Shown here piece after piece: positions 51,226 through 64,000 of a stretch of DNA of 64,000 nucleotides. Position numbers and translations under genes: made by a program. Origin of the DNA: Patellaria atrata CBS 101060 (taxonomy: Eukaryota). The notes under the pieces are model-generated. The model did not search any database and was not told where the DNA came from. It was given only the letters and a program-made list of their open reading frames with translations. Every line of letters begins with the position of its first letter. Positions within the stretch are counted from its first letter, which is position 1. Location: assembly GCA_010093705.1 (NCBI GenBank), contig MU006098.1:572666-636665 (forward strand), written 5' to 3'.

Positions 51226-52604
51226 TCATAGCAGCAGTGTGAAAACAGTAACTAGCAATGCGACGAAAGTGACTAGACTGCTGCTGCTGACATGTAGGTC
51301 CGAGCTTCCGTTTTGTTTTACGGGAATAGTCGTGTTTATGAACTCGGGGCCACAGGCTATGTTCATCTGTTGAGCGGCAGGCTGGTAAGTCTCATGAATC
51401 AATTGGGTTTTGTTACTGGCGAAGTCGCTGAAGACCCTCATGATACCCTTGAGACACTCGTTACACGAAGGTCTAGCACCACCAGGCCATGCCACTCCGA
51501 CGGGGAGATAGTAGGGATATGAGTCCGATATCGAGCTACGGTTGGTGATGGCAGTAGCAAAACCTAGTGGTCCTTGAGTTAGTTTGGGGATGCCAAGATC
51601 ACAATGTTCCGCTTACAATAGCTCCCACTGACATCCCTTGTGCATGCAGCTTGGTACAGAGGTTGATATGCAAGAAATCCCTCATACGCTTGTATGACCA
51701 TCGGGTTTTCGCGTTCAAAGTCTGATCCACAGAAAGCATCATCGGTGATCTTAGCACCAAGTTCTTCCATCAGTGCACTACAGACTCTAAAATCGGCGTT
51801 ACAAGATGCATCGAGGGTTCGGGTGATTGTGACCAGGTTTTTGGTGGCGATGAAGAAGGAGTTGGAGTTCTACGTCATCTGTTAGTAGGGTAAGGTAAGG
51901 CATGAACATGCAGTTAGACATACTCGGAGAAGAACAGAGATCGGGAGGCATGATTTAAAGGTGCTGTTCTTGAGGAAATCATTAAAGAAGGCAGGACATG
52001 CAGGACTGGTGAAGTTGTTCCCCAGATTGGTATCGAATGGAGATGGAAGAGCGGTGTCCGTTAAGGTAGGTTGAGCTGCTATCACAGACGTTCGAGAAGA
52101 AGGTCGAGTAGTAGGTCGCTCATCATCTTGGGAAGAACGGCGTGTGGTGGTGGTTGGGCTTAAGCTCTCGGGCAAGTCCTCGAATTGTCTTTCTTCGAGA
52201 TGCATTCGTGGAGTTGGAGGATCTGAATGATCGACGAGGATTTCTCCTCTTCTAGCAATTCGCCGAACTGTGGAGCTTCGCCGATCACCATGTGTTCGTT
52301 CCGCCGTTGTGGTTTGACAAAAGAGAAGAAGTGAAAGCAAAAGAAAGAGAAGTATGTTCGAGGATGAGAGGAGACGAGCTGGTGTTGAGTTTTTACAAAG
52401 GCTCTGCTCTTGTTTCGAAAGATTTGAAACTCGCCGTCGTCCTGGCCGGGGTCTTTGATGGTGTGACGACGAGCCCGTTCTCTCAACAACTCTTCTCAGA
52501 TGCATCGCATGCGGATGGAGATTCTTTCGATCGGCTTGCCATGCGTTCTTTGCAGTGGCCGCATGCGGCTCGTTCTCGTTGCGCAGATCCAACCCGGTAA
52601 GCAT
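51226..52604 (-). CDS. Hypothetical Cys-rich cell-surface protein (DUF7729-like), hydrophobic C-terminus (possible GPI/TM anchor)
   Basis: LPSPFDTNLGNNFTSPACPAFF...CLPISVLL, LDASCNA, CGSDF...AYQPLYQAAC...YC, PSCNECL, CGPEF; two introns; internal signal-like hydrophobic stretch. Start codon uncertain. Confidence 0.75.
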
Positions 52605-55059
52605 TGTGTACGGCTTTGTACCTCAACTCAATATCCGAACAACATGACACCCACGAGAAACATCTGCTGGAAGCCGCAAATGTTTCTCTCGAAGAGAATA
52701 TTGCTTTGAGAGTTCCAAAGCGTAAGTCGGTCTTCGCCACTTCAGTTGTCAGTATGGCTCAACAGTCCTCTGCAGTATGCGAATTCTCAATGGTTCAGAT
52801 CTAGACCCAAAACCGGAGGTTATCCCTTGCAGCTAAGCAGGAGATGCTAAGATTGGGAACAGAGCGTGGCAGCTGGTATTATCGGGACGGAGTCGAAATC
52901 CAGTATCCAAACGAGTGACAGTAGTTGGACGTTGGAAGTATTTTTTTCGTCTCTGCTGCTGTGATATTTTGGACCGGGACGCGAGAGGGAGAGCGAGGCA
53001 GAAGGACGATGGCTGCACGAATGCTTTTCTTTTATGAATTAAGCAGCACACCACAGACCACAGACCCCAAAGTTTCCCCCAACGGACCCATGAACTGGCA
53101 GCGCGTGCAAGGGCAGAGCGTGTCAAGCCACATTCAGGCCTTCAGAACCGAAAAAGGTGATAACGGTAGCTGCAAGCATCCTTAGTGGCTTCCTTAGCTG
53201 TTCATGGTGGATGATTGGGATTATTCATTATTGTCATTCTAACAGACTCACAGCACCAACTCGGTTTCTGACACTGTTTGACACTTTAACACCCAATTTT
53301 TAGCAGCGTTTGCCAAACCCGGAAGGGTATTGACTGCGTCTAGAATCCAATAACAAACACTCACTTCTAGAGCGAGCTGCCGACGCCTCACAGCCTTAGT
53401 TCGATAGGCGGGGGAACGCAATGCTTTAATCCCTGGGTTGTAACCGAACGGGCATAGTATCATTACTACCTCCTTGACTTTCCTCTGCCGGGAGATATTT
53501 ATTTTAATTTATTCTCTTGTCCGACACCAATTGCATCCATCGCACAACACCCCCTCCCAAGCGGAGAGAGGTCGATATATAGATTGCTTTTGGCGGGGAA
53601 TGCTCGTGACGTTCCAGGAATAATCTTTTCTCTCCCCAGCTGATGAGAGTGTTCGTCGGCGATCTCAGGGATTCGACAACGTGTGTGTATATAAGATTTA
53701 CCGCATCATGCATGAAGGGTAGAAGAGAAGGCTCTTCTATATCAACCGGGATCAAGCGTCCAGTCAGTCGAAACTTATGACGGCTGATCATGGCGATAGA
53801 GGAGATGTGTCTGCAAGTTCACAAACTTTGCAGCTATTTAGTTCTACTGTATCCGACAGAGTTCACCGGAATGATCGAATTTCGCAATATTGTTGTAAAG
53901 AGGATTTTAGATTTGGCCCTAAGAAAGATTTCGATAGGACGGTATCATCAAGCATCGCACGGTTCTACCGCTGATATTCGCAAAAACGGTTTTTTCTACG
54001 CCAAATCTGGCCGATCACGACACCGAAGGCCTGGCACAGTGGCATTCCTTTTCCCATGAACATGCGATGCTGTCTTTGTTGAAGAACTTCTAGTACTCCC
54101 ACAGAAGTCTCATCTTGGGATACAAGTGTAACCCCTTGAGTTCCTGTCCCATGTTCATCAATCTTTTGAACGTTCATGCTTGTAACGTCAAGTTAACAGC
54201 TTCATCGTTAACTTTTCAGCTGCCCGTAATGTTGCCGTAGGGTCTGTTGGAATGAACAATAATCAATAAAGACTCGCATTATTGGTAGATTTCACTATGG
54301 TAAGATAGAGTTACGTTAAGGAGTCGAGTGATCTGTGCGCCAGACGATTCGACGCCCATAAGCGGCCAAGGAATCAATAAAAGCCACATCCACTTTCTCT
54401 TTCCTCCCAACTTATCAACGGCAAAAGGAGAAATCTCCAAACAGCACAGTATCAATAATCCTCCACCTCTAGCCAAACTCTCCTCATCTTCTCAACCGGA
54501 CCCAAGAAATAGGAATATACCGAGAGAACGCTTCTCTGCTGACGAATTTCCACTAAAGCCTTTACATTTTTAGCACCACTAACATGGTTCATGCATTCCT
54601 GGAAGCAATGGAACCTTCGATGCATCCATCTTACCATCTAATAATTCTAATCAATGTTCCTCACTTGTTTTCACTTACACCAATATTCCAGATATGGATA
54701 TTGACAGAATTATTGCAAGATGTATCAAGTATAATCAAGGCGTAGTTAGACTGACAATATTCATGCAAAAGAATCGAGCAGGCAATACCTTGATATAGTC
54801 GAAACAATTTGAACAGGAAAACGCCGAATCATCAGGTCGCCGTTTCGTCGATGATTTTGAATCCTCAGCAAATTTCTGCTAATTCCAACACCCTGTGGTG
54901 ATGCTCTAGAATCCTGATTCCTCCCAAATTCAAACTACAATACTTGACAAAACCGATGAAAGGACTGTTCGACCGATCTGACAATATACTATATACTCGC
55001 AAGCTATCTTCACCCCTAACTTTGGATGCACACTGCAAGAGAGCCACTCCAAGCATTAT

Positions 55060-56201
55060 TCAAGGAATAGCATCGGGAAGTTCTGACAACTCATGATGAT
55101 ACATCTTAAACAATGGATCCCAAACGGTGCACGCTCTCTTGGAAATTCCACCATTCAGATACTCCGGCCTTGGTACGAACATTTGCTTGTCCGCTGCGCA
55201 CTCCAGTGCCTCGCCGTTCAACGAATCATCGCCGTCCAGAAATCGATTGTACGCTGATACAATCGAAGAGACAGGCGTTAGTCTAGAAAGCGTCAGTTTG
55301 TGATTTTCTATTTCCCTATCGGTTTTCATACGCTTCTGAAGACACCGCATCGATCATTGCTTGAGGTATGATATTTGTATGAACAATCCCTGGTAGAACC
55401 GCATGGGTCGTAATATTCTCTTTCTGCATCATGTCAGTCGTTGCTCCGTTCTTCCAAGTCACTCGTAAGCATACTATTTTTAGTACTCTCGAAACCGCTC
55501 GAATGAAGTTGAGCACCTTCGCATCGTCAGTACAGTCCTTCCTTGCTGGTCAAGTTCTTACTGCTGCTTTTGCCCCATCATACTCCGGATAGCTTTCATG
55601 CGGATATAGTGCCGCAGCACTTACGGTCGCTACGATCTTTCCACCGGGAGTTTTATTCTTCCTCATGAAGTGGATGGCTAACTGAGTACCGTATACAACA
55701 CCCTTATAATCTATATCCGTACAAGAGAGATCTGGCTTAGGCGGTATCCTACTCGAAATCAGTCCATTAACTTTACTCAACTAGGATACATCATACTTAT
55801 TCGATCCTCGATGGTCGAGAATATATACTGAACTATTGACGTTTAACTAGACACGCCGCTGGACATGGTGTCTCTCATACCTTCGATCCACAATTCCTGC
55901 ATTTGCACACAATGCATCGATCCTCCCAAACTTGTCCCACGCCTTTTGGAACATCTCAGCTTGACTGTCATAGTCGGCAACATTGCACTTGAAAAACTCC
56001 GCTTTATCTCCTAGCTCTTTCGACAATTCCACATTGGGATTGATATCGGCCATGGCGACCTTCCATCCTCTATTGACGAGATCGCGAGAGAGCGCAAGAC
56101 CCATCCCTGACTGTAAAACAATTACGAAAAGTGTTTTTCCACATTCGGATATTTCAACGTACCGATGCTCCCGTTACGATAGCGACTCTTTCAGAAGGCA
56201 T
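55060..56201 (-). CDS. Short-chain dehydrogenase/reductase (15-hydroxyprostaglandin dehydrogenase-like)
   Basis: VAIVTGAS|SGMG Rossmann motif, CANAGI, catalytic YDGAK, VLPGIVHT; about six introns. Confidence 0.9.
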
Positions 56202-56955
56202 GGCTATTAATTCGCCTCGAAGTATATGTTCAACAAACTAGTCTCTGCATCATCTGCTACTCATCCAGAATGTTTTTCATAGTACTCTTTACTTGCTTTC
56301 AAATTATACATTTGTCCATTCCCTAAACCACCTGATCCCCGCGGGTACGTTCTCCCGCACGTGCTTTTCTTCCTTTAATTCTCCAGTGTGATGGTTCATA
56401 GTCGCATGATCTACATCAAGAGCCCCGAGATACTGGCTCTGGAACGCACCAATCTGCTGATGTGAAATAGCAAGACTAAGATTTTACAATATTAGTTGAT
56501 AGTCTAAATTGCTTGTAGCCAGTCAAGTTGTTCAGACAAGAATTTTACAAGAATAATCGCACCATACAATATCATTTTCTGAAAACTCACGATCACCCGG
56601 CATCAATCCCGGACAGCTCCTCGGCTAATCAGTATCCCAAAATGGGTTAGTGCAGTCTTTATACCCCAGATTTCCCCGGATTTTAAGGTTCAGGAAAACA
56701 TTCTCCGATGATCACTACTAAAACCTCTATGTTTCCGCGGGTATTGACTCGTTGGCGGTGATAGATAACGTGTGAACGCGTCTTGGAAGGTATAGTATTT
56801 TGAAAATGACTTTAAGAAGTGTTCAATTCCCCATGCATTTTGTTACATGGGCTTGTTTTCGCAGATATAAAATAAATTTCTCTCTTTCCCTACGTTTGTT
56901 TCCTGCCCAGAGAAGCGATAGTATACAGATAATATAAACGTAGTAGTTGGTCACA

Positions 56956-59299
56956 ATGGCCGTCGACAATCATCCCATGGCTGAAAAGGAGTCTGCTATT
57001 CACAGAACCACCACGTCTGAGGATATTGAGAAATCCAGCGAAGAAAAACCTGCACAAATTACGTACATTCCACAGTCAGATGAAGAGTATAATGTCACTT
57101 TCAAGACATGGATCGTCGTCTGGGTAAGTTAGAATCAGGAGAGAAGGTGTCCATAAAGACGCTCACTCACACATCCTCTTACAATTAGCTTCTCCATGAT
57201 CTAACACTTCCTTAGATCCTCGCTCTATCCTATGGTATCTCCTTCTGGATTGTACCCTCCCTGTCCTCTGTCCAAGGCTCCGTAGCTACGAAACTCGGTG
57301 ACCCGACGGCAGCAGCCTTTTATGTCGCGGTTTACACGGTATGCTTCTCCAATATCCGTGTATTTAGGCCAAATTTCTCGCAGTGGAGAACATCTATCTA
57401 CAAAAGCACTCATTATTCTTTTGTATTAATCGTAAATTGACAATTTTTAGATGACCGTCACAATTGCGTTCATGGTCTGCGGTGCCAACAGTGATCTTTT
57501 CGGCCGCCGATGGTTCATTGTTGGTGGCAATGTGTTACTTTTCATTGGGTTCATCGTCGGCGGAACCGCAAAGAACAATAATGCTCTGATCGCGAGTATG
57601 GCCTTAATAGGATTTGTAAGGTCCCCAGAATATCCCTTTCCCGTCCATCGTCTCAGTCCCTTGCACATCCTATTACCTCGAAATATCTGAGCATTGACTT
57701 TGCACTCTCGCACGTATAAGAAGCAGGAACACCAATATGAGAGAAACGTCACGGAATAACACCTAAACTAATGAATATTATGTTCATAGGGAGCTGGAAA
57801 CGCCCAATTGGCTGCATTTGCACTACCAGAACTGTTACCAAACAAGTGGCGGCATTCCGCAATTGTACTTGCGGGTGAGTGATATCTTTCCCGTAGCTTC
57901 TTCCCATAGGAATCTAATACTGATTCAATCGTATAGATGTTGGTGTCTACTTTGCCGTCGTGGTCGGTCCGGTCGCAGGCCGTTTCTCTATCCAGCATGG
58001 TGATTCTGTACGTCCTCTCTATTTGAATCCCACCTCCTCCCCTCACATCGAATTTCTCCAGATCCTTAAATCTCTCGCGGATTTCTAACATTTCCAGTGG
58101 CGCTGGCTCTTTTACGGTCCCGCTATTGCCGTGGCCTTTTCCTTTCTCGGCCTGTACCTCTACTACTTCCCACCAGCACACCCGCGTGGCCTACCCTTCG
58201 GGCAAGCAGTTCGTGAACTCGACTATGTCGGCGCAATTCTCTTCATCGTCTCTGCGACTCTCATCCTGACCGGGATCGTATACACAACCACACTACCTGC
58301 CTCTAACCCAAAGGTCATCGGTACCCTGGTCTCCGGATTGGCATTACTCGTCGTCTTCGCGCTATACGAGACCTTCGCACCCCTCAAACAGCCCCTGACG
58401 CCCACGCACGTCTTCACCCGAGGCAAAGGCAGAGATCTGACCGCACCATTCGTCGCCGGCTTCGTCGTTACCATGTTCTACTATGCCATCAACGTCATCT
58501 ATCCCACCATGATTTCCGTTTTCTTCACGGACGAGACCACAGACTTCCGTTACGCGATCGTCCTCACCCTACCCCAAAACCTAGGTCTCACCTTCGGCGC
58601 TGTACTCCTCACGCTCTTCGGCACCGCCATTGGCCACTGGCGCTGGACCCTGACAGGCAGCGTCACGATTATGGTAGTCTTTGGCGCGCTCCTCGCACTA
58701 GGTACACCAGAGCGGAAAGGCATGATGATCGCGTTCGTCTTCCTCGCCGAGGTCGGCTTCGGTTGGGCCCAGTACCTCAGCATCGCATTCATCCAATTCG
58801 GCGTCGATCAGGTCGAGCTCGGTATTTCAGGTGGTCTAGCGTAAGTCTTACCCCCTTTCATCCTCCAGTATCGAGAGTAACTAACACGAGGCATAGAGGT
58901 GTCGCACGTTTCGCAGGCGGCTCCGTCGCCATCTCCGTCTACACCACCATCCTCACAAACGTGCAATCCAACGCGTTCGCGCGCCTCCTCCCGCGTGCCG
59001 TTCTCCCCCTCGGGTTTCCCTCCGCATCCATCCCCGATCTCGCCGCCGCACTACCGCTCGGGTCCGCGGCGCTGGCCCAAGTCGAGGGCCTCACGCCTGA
59101 GATCGTCGGTGCCGCGGCTGCCGCGTTCAGACAGAGCTATGTCGAGGGTTTGAGGACGACGGCACTGTCGAGTCTCAGTTTCGGGATCGTGGGGATCATC
59201 GCGTGTGTTTGTTGCGTGGATATTGGGAGGAAGATGGATGATCGGATTGAGGTGTTCTTGGAGAATGATGAGAATGCTGATAAGAATAGGTTTCATTAA
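56956..59299 (+). CDS. MFS transporter, TRI12/fungal trichothecene-efflux (siderophore-iron-transporter-like) family
   Basis: SDLFGRRWF, ALPELLPNKWR, WRWLFY, YYFPPAHPRG, LDYVG, QVELGISGGL; ~14 TM segments; multiple introns. Confidence 0.9.
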
Positions 59300-60478
59300 G
59301 GAGCTTTGAGGATAGGGCGAGTTCAGAAGTATTTGCGCTGCTAGTGGGTTTTATAGGTTTATGTCTATGAATTCTTCGGCTTCGTACGGTGGTGAAATGA
59401 GTGAGTATATGATCTTCGCGTTACTTCACCCATGTTTGACGTCGTTGAATGTAAGTGGACGTGAGGGATAGGCTGTGAACACAGCACTCGAGCTCCTTCA
59501 TCACTTGACTAGTACTCCTAGCTCTACTTACGCATATCCCTGTCCAAATTCCCACCTCCCTGAATCCCTGGGGGACCCCCAGTTTAGACCCACGAGATAC
59601 AGTACCTAAACAGCATTTCCAACTCAACAAGATCGCCCATAAATCCCTAAAACCCGAAGAGACGGTGGACTCGGACCACGATGTACAGCAATTTACATTA
59701 CATAGTAATAACTAATAAATAGTAAGTACCTTAGTAGCTTCGAACCATGTCATCTGACCAACGTCGCTTGGGTAGAAGCTAGGAGAATGTTCTATGAGCA
59801 ATAAACTGCCACATGTAGAAGTCAAATATCTTTAAACTGCATTTCCGCTCCTTTGCTGCTTTTGTGGTACATGGACGGGCTACCGTTGAGTTCAGGGGCG
59901 GGATTGGGGGTTCCTGCTCGCTGTGCTTTCAGGGGTACTGCTTTTTGGACAATCTAGTGTTTGGGCTATGGTGTACGGTACAATGAACGCAATGCTCCAT
60001 TGAAAAAGCTCCGAAATAATGAGTTCCTGACAGTAAAAGGGCCCTCGAAGTGTATCAAAGATATCGAGATCTTATTCAAATCAATCACATGTATTATCTA
60101 TCTACTTCACTTAAAAAGGGGTCAAGGGTCAGGACGCCCCTGGATGCCCAAAAGGCCTTCGATCCAAAAAGGAATCTACTGCAACGAACTGAAGAATATT
60201 TGAACTGAATGATCAACTCTGAAAGGGAGAAAGAAAAGTATAGGCTACCCTAAGACTGGATGTAGGGAAATTTTGCTGGTAATCTGGAGTCATTGGTGTA
60301 GGGAAGAGCTGGGTGTGATTTGATAGAATAGTTGAGCTGTTCAATCGCATCGTCGAAGGGGCATTGTTGTAAGAGGTGAGTTTTTGTTGTTCGAAGTTGC
60401 CATCAAGGCGTTAATTCTCTATGTAGATGTCGCACGCCTCGATTCTCCCTTCTATAACACCCTTATCCATCAATCAAC

Positions 60479-61377
60479 CTAGTTCTTGAACCAGGTGATG
60501 AAGCTGCCAGTTGGCTTGCCAGTATTGGCGGGGAAAGAGAAGGTGGTGATGAAGGTCAAGCCACCCTTGGTAGTGGTTGTTGGCTTCTTTGTGGTGGTTG
60601 GCTCTGGCTCATAACCGCCCTTTGTGGTGGTAGGCTTTATCAAAATATGTTAGTAATCTGAATTGGAAGAAGCAATTAATGGTATATTTACCTTCTTGGT
60701 GGTGGTTGGCTCAGGCTCGGGTTCGTAGCCGCCCTTGCTGGTGGTAGTGGGAGCAGCCTTTGTGGTTGAAGAAGTCATTTTAGTGGATGTCGACTTCTTG
60801 GTAGTTGTTTTTGTTACCTTTGTTGTCGTCTCAGGGGCCGGCTTTGAGGTCGTCTCGGGCTTCTTGGTGGTAGTCGGCTCGGGTTCATAGCCGCCCTTTG
60901 TGGTGGTCGGCTCGGGCTTTTTGGTTGTTGTCAGTTTCGTGGAGGTCGATTTGGATTTAGTCGTCTTAGTCGTCTTTGTTACCTTAGTAGATGTCTCCGG
61001 CTTCTTTGTCGTAGTCTCAGGAGCGGGCTTGCTTGAGGTGGTAGGGGCAGGCTTGCTGGTGGTTGTTGGCATCGGTGGGTAAGCTGGGGTGGTGGATGTG
61101 GTGGAAGCAGCCTTGCTGGTAGTGGTGGGCATTGGTGGGTAATCAGGGGTTGCGCTCGTGGTGGGAATGGGGGGATACACGGGCATAGACTTGGTACTCT
61201 TGACAGATGAAGTCTTTTGGGTTGGGACGATGATGATCAACCCGCTGGAGGTTTGGCTGGAATGGTAGGTTAGATATCTGAACTTCGAGTATACCATAAT
61301 GTTTTGGGATCTTACTATTGAGGGAGGGCCAAAGCCACGGAGGCAGCGGCGAGAAGAGTGATAGCGAAACGGGCCAT
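60479..61377 (-). CDS. Secreted Thr/Lys/Pro-rich repetitive (mucin/extensin-like) protein
   Basis: Signal peptide MARFAITLLAAASVALALP; repeats YPPMPTTTSK and TTKGGYEPEPTTTKK; introns ~61256-61316 and ~60636-60691; ends ...GSFITWFKN. Confidence 0.8.
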
Positions 61378-63392
61378 TGTGTTGAGAATTATACGTTCGA
61401 GTTTAGTTTCTTTTCTTGCAACGTCGATGGCTGATGAAGCTTAGGAGACGACCTCATGATTTATATACCTCTTCTACGGCGTAGTCCATTGTTTATGCCA
61501 AGCTATTATATTCGACTTCATGTTGAATACGAGAGGATATAGTACGCTCACCCATAAAGCAATGAAGTCTTGCAGCCATAGTAGCGACAGGTCTGGAATT
61601 CGGCTAAAGATTGAAGCTGGTATGTTCGTGGCCGCTCCGGTGGAGGAATTCCTTGGCTTTAATCACGGGAAAGTGAAAACCTGGAGCACAACGTGATCTG
61701 CACCTTGAATTGGGGTAGGTTAAGCTCTGGAACTTGCGCGGCCCAGGGAGACAAGCTCAGAGAGAACGTGCATCGTACGCTGGTACGGTATTTGGTAGGC
61801 CAGATTCTGGGTTTATGGCGGGTGGTCAAGGCCAATCCAGAGCAAAGGATCGAGTGCGGTCCTACGGACCGCTGAGAGTGGTTGAACAGAATAAAGAAGA
61901 CTCGCTCTTACGGTAAAATTCATCTAAGCCTATGCAGGAGATGCTTTGAAAGTGATGGGAAGAGATTGAAAAGTTATGAGGTGATGAGCGATGAGACCAG
62001 CATATAAATTGAAGTTTATGAAGATACCAAAATTAGCAGCTGGATCCACCTTCTAGACGCCAACCCTGCAACTGGATCAATAATGTGGGGTACGGTTCAA
62101 TTGGGTGCTCTCTTCGACCACCATTGACAAATTATTGCATCAATCGGCACCGGGATAAATGAAGGAGGATGAACATCATTCTCAGATGAGATGATCAAAT
62201 GCATCGATGAGACGGAGGACTGGAAAGGAAAGAGAAATTCTTAGAACGTACTGAGTAGGACTATGGCCTCGAAATAACCGAAAGAGAGCTACAACCTACC
62301 TAACGACGGGAAGGATATTAAATAATCGTACCTTGTAACATACTAGCAAGATCGTCACAACTCCAGTTTATTGCCCATTCTCAACATTATCTTTTCATAA
62401 TGTTCTTTTGCACTGGAACAATCCGTCGGATCTAGTTGAATCGAAACGCATCGATCAGTATGTGAAGGCGATCGCCTATACCACAAATCGCCGCGAATCC
62501 CTTTAGAAAGTAAGTATACTCGTATGACCAAGCCGGCGGATATCTATATATTTGTCTAGCTCGATTTTGCCTCAGTTGCAGCATGCAGAAACTCGTAGAA
62601 CTGCTCAATTAAGCCGTACAGAAAAGTTAAGATATCGAAGGCGCCAGTGTGACCTGGTTGACGCGAGCGGTAGTTCAATTCGGATTATTTAAGTGAGCAC
62701 TTATACGAGAAGGGAACTCCGTACTAGGTACACCTTTGAACTTCTTCCAGAAAAGGTACCGGGTACTGTAAGCATGCAATCTCTAACCCACGTCCGGACG
62801 ATTGGAGGCAGCCACTGCGGGGAGAAATGCAAAGTTAGACTTTGTAAAGAGCTGTATGCTTTCTTCATACCTTATGGCATTGTAGCCAGTCAAAATAATG
62901 ATGAAGAACAGGTTCGGGAGGGTGAGGGAAAGAATCTGAGAAGTAGGAACAGGAGAAGATCTCTCTTGATCCAGGAGTCGATCGGGCCGAGCAATTATAT
63001 CTTTTCAGTTTGGCATGCTGAATAAGCCTCGAATTCCGCTCCGGGTGCCAAGCCCGCTTTCGTTATTCCCGCCATGAATGAAATTGAACAACACTCCTTC
63101 AAGACACCAGTTCTCGATTCTCATTAAGATGCCTTTCTTCTCCAACTTCCAGATTACTCTCGTTCAAAGCTTCCTCATTTTCCTTTTCTGAGTTTCTAGA
63201 TATTCCCCAGATATGCATTGAAATATAAAATGGAGAAGGCTGGCCCCCAACGGTCTAGAACTTGATGGTACGTACAGTATGTACTTGTAAGGTTTGGACG
63301 CGGGGAGCCTCAGCTTCCATTAGGTTGATCCGTTTCTCTTCAACGAACCGAGATAGACCTTATTAAACACTCAAAATTGAACAACATATCCC

Positions 63393-64000
63393 ATGTCTTT
63401 TGGATTCGGTGTTGGGGACATTGTCACTTGCAGCCGGTTAGCTGTCAAGACATACGATGCTCTCAAATCTGCCCCAAGCGAGTTCGCTGACCTACGCTTG
63501 GAGATCGGAAGTCTCAATTCAACACTCAAGGCTCTTGCTGAGGAAGAGAAGTCACCAACTTCTTTGATACACCTATCTACTCCATCTCGACGTGCTGATC
63601 TTCGTATTATCATCGAGAACTGCAAAACTGGACTAGAAGCTCTTCAGAGTATAGCTTCCAAGTACCATAGCCTTGCACCCTCCGAAAAGACCAGTATAAG
63701 AGAACTATTGCGCTTTGCTGCCAAAGATAAACAGGGTCTAAGAGAAAAATTAGCAATACATACGTCCAGTTTTAACATCTTCTTGACCTCACTAACTCAC
63801 AGCTCACTGGGACGCCTGGAATTTCTGCTCAAGAACTCCCGCCAGTCTACCAATTTTGGAACTACTACACCTGGTCCATATCCTTCTTACCCTTTATTTC
63901 GTCAGATCAATACGAATGTAAGTGCAAACGCAGTTCCTCATGCAAGTCCGAATACAGGGATCTGGTCTTCCATTGGCAGCGAGCTCGCTGCAGAGGGTAT
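63393..64000 (+). CDS. 5' part of a protein with fungal STAND N-terminal (HeLo-like/SesA-like) domain; runs off the window
   Basis: Open frame MSFGFGVGDIVTCSRLAVKTYDALKSAPSEFADLRLEIGSL...C..GL..L...KY...LREKLAIHTSSFNIFL...SLGRLE...WSSIGSELAAEG. Absent from the ORF track because no stop lies in the window. Confidence 0.85.
   Translation, partial: MSFGFGVGDIVTCSRLAVKTYDALKSAPSEFADLRLEIGSLNSTLKALAEEEKSPTSLIHLSTPSRRADLRIIIENCKTGLEALQSIASKYHSLAPSEKTSIRELLRFAAKDKQGLREKLAIHTSSFNIFLTSLTHSSLGRLEFLLKNSRQSTNFGTTTPGPYPSYPLFRQINTNVSANAVPHASPNTGIWSSIGSELAAEG

Overview
Gene-dense window of a filamentous ascomycete (Pezizomycotina-type) genome, with short GT-AG introns and CTAAC/CTGAC branch points. It holds about 16 intact or partial protein-coding genes: a ~2,340-aa multi-exon orphan, two F-box-like paralogs, CE5 acetylxylan esterase-CBM1, a HET protein, a PTH11-like receptor, PL4 rhamnogalacturonan lyase-CBM1, GST, a BCAS3-like protein, GH5 beta-1,6-glucanase, SDR, a TRI12-family MFS transporter, a secreted Thr/Lys-rich protein, a HeLo/SesA-like N-terminus and several hypotheticals. 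There is also an intron-containing tRNA-Arg(ACG), an ERG26-like pseudogene and two copies of one LTR family, one of them a 500-bp solo LTR with a CTACT target-site duplication. The most unusual item is the gene at 2347-9852. Once spliced by hand it shows 5-6 tandem helical repeats resembling the SAGA Ada1/Tad1 N-terminal domain, most split by a phase-1 intron at the same position, followed by three ubiquitin-interacting motifs. All domain calls come from motif recognition by eye; no database search was run.
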